DNA of 64,000 nt from Octopus vulgaris (taxonomy: Eukaryota), in NCBI GenBank assembly GCA_951406725.2, contig OX597833.1, positions 41,726,001 to 41,790,000 on the forward strand, in the 5' to 3' direction. The notes beneath the pieces are model-generated. The model was not told the origin of the DNA. It was given only the letters and a program-made list of their open reading frames with translations, and ran no database searches. Numbering within the stretch: the stretch's first letter is position 1; every line of letters starts with the position of its first letter. The position numbers and the translations under genes are program-made. Positions 1 to 13,701 of the stretch are shown in pieces.

Positions 1-29
1 GTATATATATATATATATATATGTGTGTA

Positions 30-60
<31 letters not shown>

Positions 61-91
61 GTGTGTGTATATATATATATATGTGTGTGTA

Positions 92-164
<73 letters not shown>

Positions 165-654
165 GTGTGTGTATATATATATATATGTATGTATATGTGT
201 ATGTGTATATATGTGTGTGTATATGTATGTATATGTATATATATATGTATATATATATCTATGTGTGTAAGTTTATATGTATGTATCCGTCTATATAATA
301 GGTAACTGCACGTACATATACTTAATATTTATTATTTATCTTTTGAGTATGCATGTATGAATAACTGCGCGTATATATATTTTACTATTTACTTATTTTT
401 TGAGTATGCATGTAAGTATGAATATAAGGAGGCGCGTGTGTGTGTGTGTGTATGTGTAAGCATAGATATATGTATACTTTTACGCATGGGTGTACTTATG
501 TGTATATATGGATGCGCGCGCGTGTGTGTGTGTGTGTATGGGTACGCATGTACATGTGTATGTGCGTGTATGAGTATATGAGTATGTATGTATGTGTGTG
601 CGTATATTTGTATATGTATGTATGTATATGTATGTGTGTGTATGAATATATGTG

Positions 655-704
<50 letters not shown>

Positions 705-890
705 CGCGTATATATATGTATGTATGTGGGTGTGTGTATGTGTATAAATGTATGGATGTATGGATGTATGTATGTATGTATACGTATGTATGTGTATGTG
801 TGTATATGTATGTATGTGTATGTGTGTATATATATGTATATGTGTGTGTATGTGTATGTGTGTGTATGTATGTGTATGCGTATATATATG

Positions 891-928
<38 letters not shown>

Positions 929-1715
929 CATGTATGTATTTGTATGTAGGTGTATATGTATGTGTGTGTATTTATATTTATTGGTGTATATATATAGACT
1001 AGCCTTCTAAGAGTGTAGACATGAATCTGTAGGTACGCGTACGTATGTATATATACGTGAATGTATGTAGATGTATGTATGTATGAATATAACGCGTGCG
1101 TGTATGTGTATGAGTGTACGAATGAGTGAGTATATGTGCTAAAGAGTGTGCGTGAGTGAATGAGTGCTTGTTTTCCAGTAGACAGATAAATGGACTGGCT
1201 GTCATAGCCAAGATGTTTGTGACCAAGCGGCCAAAGATAACAAAAGTAATAAACGAAGATAATAAAATTAACATTAGGGAATGGGTCTGTATTTGTATGT
1301 GTATATATATGTGTGTGTGTGTAGGTATGCATAGGTACACATATGTATATATATGTATATATATATATACATGTATGTATATGTATGTGTGTGTGTGTAT
1401 ATATGTGTGTGTATGTGTATATAGGGACTAGTGTGCTGTGTGTGCATGTGTGTGTGTGGATATGTGTGTGTATGCGTGTATGTGAGTATGTGTGTGTATG
1501 TGTATATATATTTTTCTGTGCGTATATGTATGTGTGGTCGTGTGTGTATATATACATGTGTGTATACGTGTATGCATGTGAGTGTGTGTATGTATACATA
1601 TATGTGTATGTGTAGATATGTATATGTATGTGTAAGTGTATATATATGTATATATATATGTGTGTATGTATGTGTGTATGTGTGTGTATGTATGTATACA
1701 TGTGTGCATAGGTAT
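1..1715. repeat. Compound (TA)n/(TG)n/(TATG)n microsatellite field
   Basis: Directly visible; accounts for the many Y/I/V/C/H/T-rich pseudo-ORFs. Confidence 0.95.
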
Positions 1716-1976
1716 AAGTGAGAATCTCCTTATTTACCTAAAACTCTATTCCCCCTTTTTTTATATATAGATTTTTTTATTTTTTTTATTTATTTTTTTA
1801 TTTTATTATTTTATTTTTTTATTTTTTTATTTATTCTTCTATCTAATTTAACACTGACTCCTTGACCACTCCCCCAAGTATGATATTTTGCGCTATGCCT
1901 ACCCCCAAAAAGTCCCCCACCAACACCCCTTTAAACCTGCCTAAATGTATAAATGCCAATACAATTCTTGTTAACT

Positions 1977-2027
1977 AGCTTCCTGAAGATTTCTCTTGAA
2001 TGAAACAGTTCTAGTCCTGTAGAAGCT
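1977..2027 (+). ncRNA. Type I hammerhead ribozyme-like motif (Penelope pLTR-like relic)
   Basis: Stem I AGCTTC/GAAGCT; core CTGAAGA; weak stem II TTC-tctt-GAA with T.T closing; GAAA; stem III ACAG/CTGT; GUA cleavage triplet; followed by AATAAA and (TA)n. Confidence 0.65.
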
Positions 2028-2038
2028 CCTTCTATATA

Positions 2039-2094
<56 letters not shown>

Positions 2095-2101
2095 TTTCAG
2101 T

Positions 2102-2370
2102 GGAGGTGCAATGGCCCAGTGGTTAGGGTAGCGGACTCACGGTCATAGGATCGTGGTTTCAATTCCCAGACCGGGTGTTTTGAGTGTTTATTGAGGAAAA
2201 CACCTAAAGCTCCACTAGGCTATGGCAGGGGCTGGTGGTGATCCCTGCTGTACTCTTTCACCACAACTTTCTCTTACTTTTTCTTCTGTTGGCCTGCTCA
2301 CTTAGCCAGCAGGGTGGCGTCATTGACCAGCAATGTGTAGCAACATCTGATGGCCTGGTTGGTCACGTGA
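2102..2370 (+). mobile_element. tRNA-derived SINE (resembles Octopus OR-type), family gamma
   Basis: A box TGGCCCAGTGG and B-box-like GTTTCAATTCC. A related copy lies at 43121-43413 (-). Confidence 0.75.
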
Positions 2371-3206
2371 TATATACTTTCACTACACTGTGAGGTTGAT
2401 GTTGTTGATAGACAAATACAGTGAGAGAAGGAGAGAGAGAGTGCATGTGTGAAATATAGATAGATGTTGCTATACTAATTAGCAAACTTTGATTGAAAGC
2501 AGGAATAAGAGATACAGTGTACTTGTATCTGAAAAAAAATCAAGTGTCGTGATGCGTGGCTATTTCTAATCAGATGGAGCTTCAGCTGTGAAGGGGCATC
2601 CAGCAAGCCTGCAAATACGGGATGTTATTATTAATAATTTAGCCTTAAAAAATGTGAAATATATATATTGTCACGAAAAAAGCCATAAACAATTGCGAAT
2701 TATATTTACAATTCTGCAAATACGCAGTGGTTTCCACAAACAATTATTAGTTCTATGAATAAATGATGATGATACAGTCTACAATATGACCATACTTTTT
2801 TTAAAACACTAGGGTGTGATTTGAGGGGGATTTTCCTAATATTTGTAGCTCGTAGAGTGACTGCATGGAGGCTCCTTTAAGTTTTACTCCATGTCTATCT
2901 TCTAATTAGATAAGTCTTTCAACTATTTTTACCAGCAATGTCCTGGTCAGAGAGTGGATAGATATGTCACTGAAAAGACATTCTTTCCTAAATCAATTTT
3001 CTAATGGCAATTGTTTAGACTGGACAGTTTGCTTTCATTTACCTACCAGTTTACTTTGACATCCAATGTGCTCTTTGTTTTAATTTAGTAATGCTCAATA
3101 GATTCAACTAACAACGCCTTTAGTGTGATTTAGTCTTACATACCATAGTTGGTTGTTGTACTTTTTACTTCTATGCTTTCTCTTGGTTGGTTATACATTT
3201 CAGATA

Positions 3207-3433
3207 GGCGAGCTGGCAGAAACGTTAGCGCGCCGAGCGAAATGCTTAGCGGTATTTCGTCTGCCGTTACGTTCTGAGTTCAAATTCCGCCGAGGTCGAC
3301 TTTGCCTTTCATCCTTTCGGGGTTGATAAATTAAATACCAGTTTCGCACTGGGGTTGATGTAATTGACTTAATCCCTTTGTCTGTCCTTGTTAGTCCCCT
3401 CTATGTTTAGCCCCTTGTGGGCAGTAAAGAAAT
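3207..3433 (+). mobile_element. SINE family beta (GGCGAGCTGGCAGAAACGTTAGC...AAAGAAATA)
   Basis: B box GAGTTCAAATTCC; central GACTTTGCCTTTCATCCTTTCGGGG; flanking TSD-like atttcagatag. Further copies near 21923, 27843, 28550(-), 36315, 43470, 47141 and 58240(-). Confidence 0.85.
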
Positions 3434-5129
3434 ATATATATATTTCAGATAGTGTCTTGGCGATAAAGCTCTCTTTTTTTTTTTTGTAGTAATTACAAAA
3501 TTTTCTTTTTCTGCTTTCAGACCAAAGTTTACTGTACAATGTCTTATTTTTTTTCAATATAACCATTATTATAATAATCATTATTATTAGTTTTTTCTTC
3601 AAGGATATTAGTATCTAGTACATGCAGCTGTCCTGTAGGAAACTGTAGGCATTGAGGTGGTGGAGGAATCGGACAGCTTTCTCTTCTTCAACAAATGCAA
3701 AATAAAAGTTTCATTTTAGCTAAGTATTCTTGCTCTAAAAACAGCACTGTTTTTTCTATCTTGAGGTACACAAGAGAAATCTGTCCCACCCCCAACCCAT
3801 CCAATCAAGCTCTAGTTTCATCTAGCATAGGTTTTACTGAACATAGATTTCATCAAGCCTCTTCAATCACCTTCATGGCTTGATCTCTGTGTCTGCTTAT
3901 CATAAATGCGTTGTGTATTTTTAGAGCTGATAATAGTGCATTTAAGCCAGTTATCAGGGCTAACAGATTCCTGCACATTCTGTTTAATTGTTATTAGAAC
4001 TAGTGTAAAATCATTTAATCTTGGCAGTTCCTTCACCATTGCTTTTATCTTTGGTGATTTTTTTTTTTTTACCATTGCACCTATCTTTGGTGATTTTCCT
4101 TTTACAATTTTTTTTTTTAATTGGCTCCCTCTATTACCATAATTTTGAACTACCTTTGTTTCAATTAATTTTCAAAATTATGAAAAATCTAGTAAAATAA
4201 CTAGCAAATTTAATTAAGTTGGTGTTTGGTAACTGTACACAAACATTATCACTTATTTAAGCCTATTATATGATATCAAAGCAAGGTGACCTGTAATCCA
4301 TATACACATGAATGTGTGTGTACACACACCGATATAGAATTAGATTCTTTTGGTTTCCGTTTACCAGATCTACTCATAAGGCTTTGGTAAGGCACTTGCT
4401 CAAAATGTCATGCAGTGGGCCTGAACCCAGACCCATGTGGTTGAAAACAAACTTCTTACTACACAGCCATGCCTGCACCTGTTTGTGCATGTGCTTGTAT
4501 GTGTGTGTGCTTCAGTGTGTGTGTTTGAAGGTGATATAAATGTCTCTTCTGTCTCTTATAAATGAAGCACCTGACAGGTTCCCTTGCAAAGACAATAGAA
4601 TAAAGTACTTATAAAGCTGAGATTCACATAAGGAAGGGCATCCAGCTGTAGGATACTGTCTCAAGATATCAAATTCAGGCCTGCATGAAAGATATAAAAA
4701 GAATGTTAATGATGAATGTCTATAATGTGTGATATATGAAGAAAGAGAACAAAAAATTATGGGGTCTGCTTTGCATGTAGCCCATTTACTAACTCTGAAT
4801 TAAACTGATATAACAAATGGAATACTGAAGCTCTAGGGCCAGGTGCATGATAAAATATACCTAATCTATGCTGAACTGAGAACATTCTAAGCAATGTGAG
4901 CAACATGGTGCAAAGTTCAGTTACTTAGGTGGTACAATTAATACTAGTTATTGGTCAACTGAAAACATAGCATCTCAGATGCATGGAAGTAGTAGTAAAA
5001 TCTCTAGCTGGTGAGCGGAGCAGGAGGCTGTCCTCTCAACCAATATGCTGCTATGGGTGCCACTGGATGACACTCTAGTGATGATGTTATTTCTACCTTT
5101 TCAATCCATGGCACTGGCCTTAGCATACT

Positions 5130-5435
5130 TGAGGTCAAGGTGCTGCAACTTCAGATCTTCCTCAGTTTGTTTTGCTGATGTTTTCTTTGGTGCACTGTGC
5201 TAGATTCTCTAGTACATGGGTCACCGCTGCCACAAAAGTCGGTGTGGTTGTCTTCCGGTGGTCATCCTGCAGATGTGGCCAAACCACTGTGGCCTGCACT
5301 GCTGGACTTGATCTTCAACAGTTGGCTGCTGCTGGCATTGTTCTCGGATGTTGTTATTTGTGATTTGGTTGCATAGAGAGACACCAAGGATTTGGATCTG
5401 ATGGAAAAACTGCATTTGGAACACCTAGAACATAA
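5130..5435 (-). mobile_element. Decayed RTE-clade LINE ORF C-terminal fragment
   Basis: ORF 5221..5424: FQMQ..ILGVSLCNQITNNNIREQC...QWFGHICRM...P.RLLW, a typical RTE C-terminus. Confidence 0.7.
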
Positions 5436-5584
5436 AGGTACAAAGAAGCCCAGAACTGTTTGCCTGAAGTAATAGGTTTCTATTTCAGTGCAAATGGTTG
5501 AGTAAGGAGTATGTGTAAGAAATGTCATTCCTATGGACAACAGATAACAAAATTGTCTTGACTGAAGAAGAATGAGTTGGTTGT

Positions 5585-5880
5585 CATCATCATCATCGTT
5601 TAATGTCTGTTTTCCATGCTAGCACGGGTTAGACGGTTCGACCGGGGTCTGGGCAACCAGGAGGCTGCATCAGGCTCCAGTCTGATCTGGCGGTTTCTAC
5701 AGCTGGATGCCCTTCCTAATGCCAACCACTCCGTGAGTGTAGTTGGTGCTTTTTATGTGCCACCGGCAGGCTGTCAGTGGTCACGATCGGTTGGTGCTTT
5801 TTACGTGCCACCGGTACAGAAGCCAGTCAAGGCGGCACTGGTATCGGCCACGTTCGGATGGTGCTTTGTACGTGCCACCA
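5585..5880 (-). mobile_element. RTE LINE 3' UTR/tail copy ending in (GAT)n
   Basis: Same sequence as the tail attached to the RTE ORF at 38972-40160. Other copies: 10685-10938(+), 12525-12700(+), 13330-13525(-), 27781-28320(-), 29628-29900(-), 37402-37697(-), 52003-52460(-), 59865-59958(+). Confidence 0.85.
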
Positions 5881-6231
5881 ATAAAATTTGTAAAACTGAA
5901 TGTAAAGGTTTTGAGGAAGTGATTGAGTATGGACATTGCTCAGTGAACGTAACAGTGACACGAAACTAATAATGGGCATATAAAGTGTAGAGGAGTTTGA
6001 TATATTACTGAGAAAGTAGATCAGTTCTTCACTTTGTACTGTAGAGGGAACTGCTGTTCAAGCAAGGTGTCATTTTACGTAGTGAGAGTAAATGTATGCT
6101 TTTTTTTTAAACATGCATCTATATTATCTACAAATTTATCTGTCCATCTGTATATGCATGTATGTAAGTGTGTATACAGAGATGTGTCTGTCTCTGTATA
6201 TCTGTGTGTGTGTGTGTGTCTATATATGTAG

Positions 6232-6272
<41 letters not shown>

Positions 6273-6379
6273 TATATGCACATATAAGTTGGTATGTGCA
6301 TGTGTGTGTGTGTGTATAGGTCTATGTGTATATAACTATGTGTATCTATGATACATATGTGCACGTGTATATATTTATC

Positions 6380-6448
<69 letters not shown>

Positions 6449-6812
6449 GTATAGATTTAGATATACTGTCAAGATTACATCTTTGGCTTTCTTGATAGCC
6501 CCTCATCCTTTTAACGCCCCTATGTCTCCCCATTCTTGTCACACATCCTTCTTATCATGCAGCTGTTTATCATCTCTGCCACTTTAACCCATGTGTCCTT
6601 GCATTTATCAAACCATAACTCCGGTGCTCACGTTCCTATTGCTCCCTCTTTGGTCACTCTCACTGCACTAAACTGCCAATGTTACTGAGGTTAGCAGTGG
6701 GTCTCTTTGGTTCACTGTACATTACTCCCTTTGCAACTGATACTTCAGGAGCTATCTAGCCATCCTTTTCTTGTCCCTATCACCCTAGCTTTCATCATTT
6801 TGACGCATATAT

Positions 6813-7030
6813 TTAACTCTTTCGTTACTGTATTTATTTTGAGATGTTCTGTGTTTCTTTCAATTACTTTAAATATGACAAAGAATTTAGTAAAATAACT
6901 TAGTTATCATTAAGCTAGTGTTAGGAACATAAATTACGACTAAGGTTTGGTGGAAGATTTTGATTCAAAACTTATGAAAACAAGACATTTGTACTCAGAG
7001 CCAGAGCCGATTTCAGCCGGGTTGGTAATA
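6813..7030 (+). mobile_element. TTAA-type (piggyBac-like) MITE family A, right end eroded
   Basis: Starts TTAACTCTTTCGTTAC; body matches the complete copies at 26963-27191 and 50474-50702. Confidence 0.8.
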
Positions 7031-7519
7031 AACTTCATCGGATTGCATGTATCCTATACAACATCTGTCATTCATTTTCACCATTCATCCATCTCTGGTT
7101 ATATGTCATTCCTTCACCATTAGCCTCTCTGGTGCTGTTGCTCTAAAACATAAAGTATAGAGTTAGGAGGACTCTTTAGTGTTGTCAAAGACGTAACAGT
7201 CTTTCTAGTGCTGGCAACCATGAAAAGAGGTATGCAGTAAAGAGGGTGGTTTGAGGAAGGGTGTCGGGTCATAGAAACCAAACATGAAATGAAATATATG
7301 AACATTTTGTACATCTCTACCAGAGCAACAGTGACCCCAGCCAATCTGTGCCAGCATGTAAAACATGTAAACTGAAAATGATGATGACCATGGTGTGTGT
7401 ATGTGTGTACTTGTGTATATATGTGTGCTTGTGAGTGCATATGTAGGTGTACACAGTGAGACTAAACCCCAGATCACATAGTTGAGAAGCAAGCTTCTTT
7501 AGTACTCAGCAATGCTTGT

Positions 7520-7562
<43 letters not shown>

Positions 7563-7564
<2 letters not shown>

Positions 7565-7730
7565 GCAGGAGTGACTGTGTGGTAAGTAGCTTGTTTACCA
7601 ACCACATGGTTCCGGGTTCAGTCCCACTGTGTGGCACCTTGGGCAAGTGTCTTCTACTATAGCCTCGGGCCAACCAAAGCCTTGTGAGTGGATTTGGTAG
7701 ACGGAAACTGAAAGAAGCCCGTCGTATATA

Positions 7731-7779
<49 letters not shown>

Positions 7780-8000
7780 GTGTGCGTGTATGTTTGTGTG
7801 TCTGTGTTTGTTCCATCCAGCATCGCTTGACAACCGATGCTGGTGTGTTTATGTCCCCGTCACGTAGCGGTTTGGCAAAAGAGACCGATAGAATAAGTAC
7901 TGGGCTTACAAAGAATAAGTTCCGGGGTCGAGTTGCTCGACTAAAAAGGCGGTGCTCCAGCATGGCCGCAGTCAAATGACTGAAACAAGTAAAAGAGTAA
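7563..8000 (+). mobile_element. tRNA-derived SINE family alpha with CORE-like segment and internal microsatellite
   Basis: B box GGTTCAGTCCC; CORE-like ACCTTGGGCAAGTGTCTT; internal (TA/TG)n; tail GACTGAAACAAGTAAAAGAG. Confidence 0.85.
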
Positions 8001-8517
8001 GAGAGATATACATGTGTACATGCACGTGTTTTCTGACAGATGTTGCAAGTGGCAGATAGTATCAGCAATTTGAGAAACCAATCGAAACCATGTCTCTGTT
8101 TTCATCAAATGATTGATTGCCACTACCACGCACACACGCATGCACACACACACACACACACACACAAATGTGTGTGTCTGTTTGTATAAACACAGGCATA
8201 AATGTGTAGTTAAGAAGTTCTCTTTGAAACCATATCCTTTAGGGATCATTTCCACAGCGTAGTACTGTCTGTTAGCTTAGTACTCTGGATGCAAGCTGAT
8301 GAATGCCTTGCCAATGAACTCTCTATCTCTCTATCTATCTCTATCTCACTATCTCTCTCTCTCTCTATCTCACTATCTATCTATCCCTGTATCTTTCTCT
8401 CTATCTATATATCTATCTCTCTATCTATCTATCTGTCTATCTGTTTGTCTCTGTATCTCTCTATCTCTATCTCTCTATATCTCTCTATCTATCTCTATCT
8501 ATCTATCTCTGTATCTA

Positions 8518-8552
<35 letters not shown>

Positions 8553-8554
<2 letters not shown>

Positions 8555-8909
8555 GTTTGGTGAAGCAAACTGGAAAAATACAACTCAAAACATGAGTATA
8601 TATATATTTTGATTAATATTTAGCAGATGTAACAAAGTGACTGACTCAAGGGCTGAGAGTTTGTATATACATATGTGTGTGTGTGTGTGTGTGTGTTTTG
8701 TTCACGCATGTTATGGATTTGCAGTAAGCAGCAAGTTACCTTTTGTGTTCTGAGTTCAAATCCCTCCAAGTTTCATTTTTGCTTTCATTTTTTTTTTGCT
8801 TTCAGCTCAGTAAAACAAAATAACAGATTAGGTTCCTGTGTAGTTATGAAGCTTGCTATTGGATCTATTGAAGTAGATACTCCACTTTTCCTATGAGGCT
8901 CAATAAATA
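8553..8909 (+). repeat. Local direct duplication, copy 1 (copy 2 at 11792-12166)
   Basis: GGTTTGGTGAAGCAAACTGGAAAAATACAACTC...CTCAATAAATA is shared; both copies are preceded by (CTAT)n/(CT)n tracts. Confidence 0.9.
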
Positions 8910-9205
8910 GAAACTTATAGTACATATGTGTGTTGGTACTTGAGTACTATTTTTTCCACCTGCTTTGCACCTATGTGCTTGTGTGTGTCTATGTGTATCT
9001 GGATATTGAGCTGTTTGTTCAAAGCTCTTGGGGATAAATATTACCTTGCTTAGAAACAGGTGTTGGTTGGCAACAGGAAGTGCATCTGGCTGTAGATAAA
9101 TGTGTGCATATATGTATGAGTTTGTGTGTATATGTATATGCATATGTGTGTATATCCATATCTCCCAACATGTACAATATTTTTATATGTGCATGTGTGT
9201 GTATC

Positions 9206-9246
<41 letters not shown>

Positions 9247-9355
9247 GAAGTGGAGAGGCAGTTAAACACAAATAGGCTTAATGTGTGTATTTACATGGAC
9301 TACAAAATACAGTTTGGACTGAAGAATATAATGTCAATAATAATTCATACACACA

Positions 9356-9394
<39 letters not shown>

Positions 9395-9448
9395 GAAAGA
9401 GGTTATCCGTGTCTTAGGTGAATTTTCCATTTGTTCTTTTGTAGTGTG

Positions 9449-9510
<62 letters not shown>

Positions 9511-9514
9511 TATA

Positions 9515-9762
9515 TTACAAGAGCTATAAAGGCATCTCCAACTAGCAGGCCATGCTACTCCAGACGGATGATGAGCAAAGACTCAGAAACTAGTCTATGG
9601 GTGCAGGCTTAGCTGGGTAGAGGTGCTTATCTCCCCCTTGTAAACATAAGGACACAGAAAATGTGTCAAGGCCGACAGGAAACGTTGCTGCTTCCTAGGG
9701 CTAAATAGCAGTAGTATGATTCCCTTCATGGGACTGTCACATTAAGTTGACAGTATACAACT
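9515..9762 (+). mobile_element. Penelope pLTR-like element with decayed hammerhead (family P; other copies 24155-24392, 43844-44082)
   Basis: CCAGA-CGGATGA-TGAG caaaga CTCA-GAAACTAGTC-TATGG at 9560-9600; the downstream body is shared with the two other copies; adjoins (TA)n/(CA)n. Confidence 0.6.
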
Positions 9763-12700
9763 ATTTTATATATAGTTTATTTTACTGTTAAGATATGATC
9801 AACAAAAGAAAGTACTCCATCTCATGAGAGATAAATATTGTTTAATGCACACTGTATATAGTTATGAACTAATAGTTTCATACATTGCTGATATTATCTA
9901 GGCAGCAAGTTTTAACACACCTAGTGTCTCCAAGTAAACTTCAGGCTCTGGGTACATGTCCTATGCAAGTTACAAATAATGATAATCGAACAAGAGAAAT
10001 CATGAGAAAAAGAAAAATGACATGAAGGTGGGTTCAAAAAGTGGAATGGTGAAAAAAATGGAAAAAGAAAAAGGATTACATCGGGTTGCATCGACTTCAA
10101 AAGTTGCTATGCTAACACCTATCTTCTTTCCAGCACATGGACAACAGTAAAACCACTAAGTTTGGCTAACCACATATGGGGTTTGAAGGCCAACTCCTCA
10201 CCACATACAATCAAGTGGAAAATCATGGAAAAAATCCATGCCTTAAAATTGAAAAATCCATGTCAAAAAAATGGATTTAAAAAATGCAAGTTATGTGTAT
10301 CTGAAATATTGCATATTGTTTTTTGTATCTAAGAATTCCACTGCAATGTTGAATTCCAGATTAGGACTTTTCAGCAAAAGCAAAACATACAGACGATTTT
10401 TTTTTTTTTTTTTTTTTTTTGGTGAAGTGGAGAACACCACACTCCCTGGATGGAGCAGCTGTATTGCAGACTTGAAACTCCTTCTGTTGCTTCTATGCCA
10501 TCTCATAGGCAGGAACATAATCCTTCCTTTTTTTTCTTTTCTTTTTCTGTTTTTTTTTTTTTGTGATTTCTCTTGTTGTATTGACCTCATTTGTAACTTG
10601 TATAGGCCATGTGCCCAAAGCCTGAAGATTACTTGGAGGCAATAGGCATGTTTTAAAACCTATCTAGATAATACCTTCCTCACCTGGCCCCTGTGCTGGT
10701 GGCACGTAAAAAGTACCATCCAATTGTGGCCGTTTGCCAGCCTCGTCTGGCACCTGTGCTGGTGGCACGTAAAAAGCACCCACTACACACACAGAGTGGT
10801 TGGCGTTAGGAAGGGCATCCAGCCGTAGAAACATTGCCAGATCAGACTGGGCCTGGTACAGCCTTCTGGCTTCCCAGACCCCAGTTGAACCGTCCAACCC
10901 ATGCTAGCATGGAAAGCGGATGCTAAACGATCATGATGTATGAAACTATTAGTAGCTTATAACTATATACTGCACACATTAAACAACATACACACACACA
11001 ATAAACTAATCTTTACATCTGTAAATATTATTGAATTTAAAAAAAAAATTTTTATTTTATTTATATTTGCAGTTTGCTTTACTTCTAAAAGTTGGATCTT
11101 GTCAAACACAATTTATGAATGTTTGGAATAGATGAATATGTTTTACTCATTTCTCTTAGACCAAACAGAAAGAGCGTAACCTAGAAAAGGTTCTTTCTGC
11201 AATTGGATTAAGCATTAACTGGTGGCTATGATTAAAAGAACTCCAGCTTATGATTAGAAGGAATCAAGTGAGAGATATGTGTAGCCATGTAATCCATTGT
11301 GATCTTAAGTTGAGCTGAAGATTAAATGCAGTGAGAGAGACTAAAAAACAGTTTCTTTTATTGAGAAGTTATGTTGAAGAGCTAATAGTAAATCTGTGAA
11401 AGCATATTCTGGACATTGTGCTATTTGTTGTTCAGAGCTCTCGAGGGGAATATCTTGAGTAGAAACAGGTGTCAGTTGGCAATTGTATCTGGCTGCAGGT
11501 GTGTGTGTGTGTGTGTGTGTTTATGTGCATGTGTGCGTGTGCATGTACATATTGGTGTGTATATATCCATATGTATATTTCCAAACACATACAATATTTA
11601 CATGTGCGTGTGTGTCTATCTATCCATCCATTCATCCATCCCTCTATCTATCTCTATTTCTATGTATCTCTGTCTATCTAACTATATATCTATCTATCAC
11701 TATGTATCTATCTATCTATCTATTAGTCTATCTCTCTATGTATCTATCTATCTCTCTACCTGTCTCTCTATCTCTATGTCTGTCTGTCTGTTGGTTTGGT
11801 GAAGCAAACTGGAAAAATACAACTCAAAACATGAGTATATATATATTTTTATTAATATTTAGCAGATGTAACAAAGTGACTGACTCAAGGGCTGAGAGTT
11901 TGTATATACATGTGTGTGTGTGTGTGTGTGTTGTGTTCATGTGTGTTATGGATTTGCAGTAAGTGGCAAGTTACCTATTGTGTTCTGAGTTCAAATCCCT
12001 CCAAGTTTCACTTTTGCTTTCATTTTGTTTCTTTCAGCTCAGTAAAACAAAAGAACAGATTAGGTTTTCCTGTGTAGTTATGAAGTTTGCTTCACAACAA
12101 TTGGATCTATTGAAGTAGATACTCCACTTTTCCTATGTTCAGATAGGAGGCTCAATAAATAAATAGACTGTTCTGTGAAGCATGTGCTGTATATAGTTGA
12201 TAATTGGGTAATCCCCGGTGCAGACAATAATTCTAATTCAAGAAGAATGGTGATAACGAGCAAGGGGAAACATTTAAACTTTCAGCAGGAAATAAAAAGG
12301 AGTTGTTAATGTGTTGTTCTTCAATTCATTCTTCTTGTGACTTGTATTACTACTTGAAGGTGTATAGTACTGATCAGCATTACTGCGGCACATCTTGTAC
12401 TCAAAGCCCAGCCCACCAGGAACTAATTAGATATCACAGGTGTCCCAACTCACTACCATAAGTAATAGAAGCAGTCTGCAATTGATTTTCATAGGCGTTT
12501 TTAAATATTTTTTTAATCTCCCGTTAAAAGCACCCAGCACACAATGTAAAGTGATTGGCATTAAGAAGGTCATCTAACTGTAGAAACTAAGCCAATTCAG
12601 GCTGGAATCTGATGCAGCTCTTTGGCTTGGCCGCTCTGGTTGAATTGTTCAACCCATGCCAGCATGGAAAATGGATATTAAAGCCGTGATGTTGATGATG

Positions 12701-13664
12701 ATACTTAGTCATCTTGACTGAATGTTTTCAACAGAGTGGAACTCTGTTAAAAGCATCTAAGGGTAAGTTGACAGTGTTAAACCATGTGATGGATTAAATC
12801 CCCCACACTGGATAGGAAAGGTCATTCCTATGCATTTTCTATCTACCTAATTTCTAAAGGCATTAGTTGACCTGAGACATTCGTAATACTTGCTCAAGTT
12901 GTCACACACTGGGATTGAACCAAAAACCACATAGTTGCAAAGTAAGCTGCTTAACCACATGGCCATGCCTTTTGATATGCCAGGTGTACCAGTAATAAGT
13001 ATAGAGGAACAAATTTGCATTCTGACTGACTCCACCTGGCTCACCTGAACTTGATAAAAATAACACCTAATTCCCCCTCAGATCTTTTCTTCCAGCTTAA
13101 AGGATACATTGGTTAATGTAGTGTAGGGTACACTACTTTAGGAAAGTGGGTGGTCATGGCATCGTTGTTTTTAAGCATAGGTATGTGCATTCAGAGCAGA
13201 TTTAGATCTTGAAAAGGGTGATATTTCACAGAAAACTATTTGAAAGGTTCAGGTTTTATAGACATGTTTTTGCTGTATTCCCACCCCAGCTTGATTTTAT
13301 TCTTTCATCACTATATTTCTAGTGAGTAGTCATCATCATCATCATCAACGTTTAGCGTCCGCTTTCCATGCTGGCATGGGTTGGATAGTTCAACTGGGGT
13401 CTGGGAAGCCAGAAGGCTGCGCCAGGCCCAGTCTGATCTGGCAATGTTTCTATGGCTGGATGCCCTTCCTGACGCCAACCACTCCGTGAGTATAGTGGGT
13501 GCTTTTTACGTGCCACCGGCACGGACAGTCTGAGTCTTTATTTCAGTTAAGTTTTAAAATAACCAACAAGTTAGAGGAATTCAGTAAAATTTTGCCTCTG
13601 TCTCTTTTATTTCAAACAACAAAAGGTTCTCACATAACACAGGTATTCACGCACACATGCGCAT

Positions 13665-13701
<37 letters not shown>

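Noticed and set aside
21-1721. Many long ORFs (up to 401 aa) rich in Y/I/V/C/H/T
   Set aside because: They are translations of dinucleotide microsatellites that lack stop codons; there is no protein signal.
5740-5880. Regularly spaced GGTGCTTTTTACGTGCCACC repeats resembling a CRISPR array
   Set aside because: Eukaryotic context; these are internal units of the RTE 3' UTR, with no cas genes.
7565-7640. tRNA-like A/B boxes here and at other SINE heads
   Set aside because: They are heads of multicopy SINEs; no complete cloverleaf, so not called as tRNA genes.
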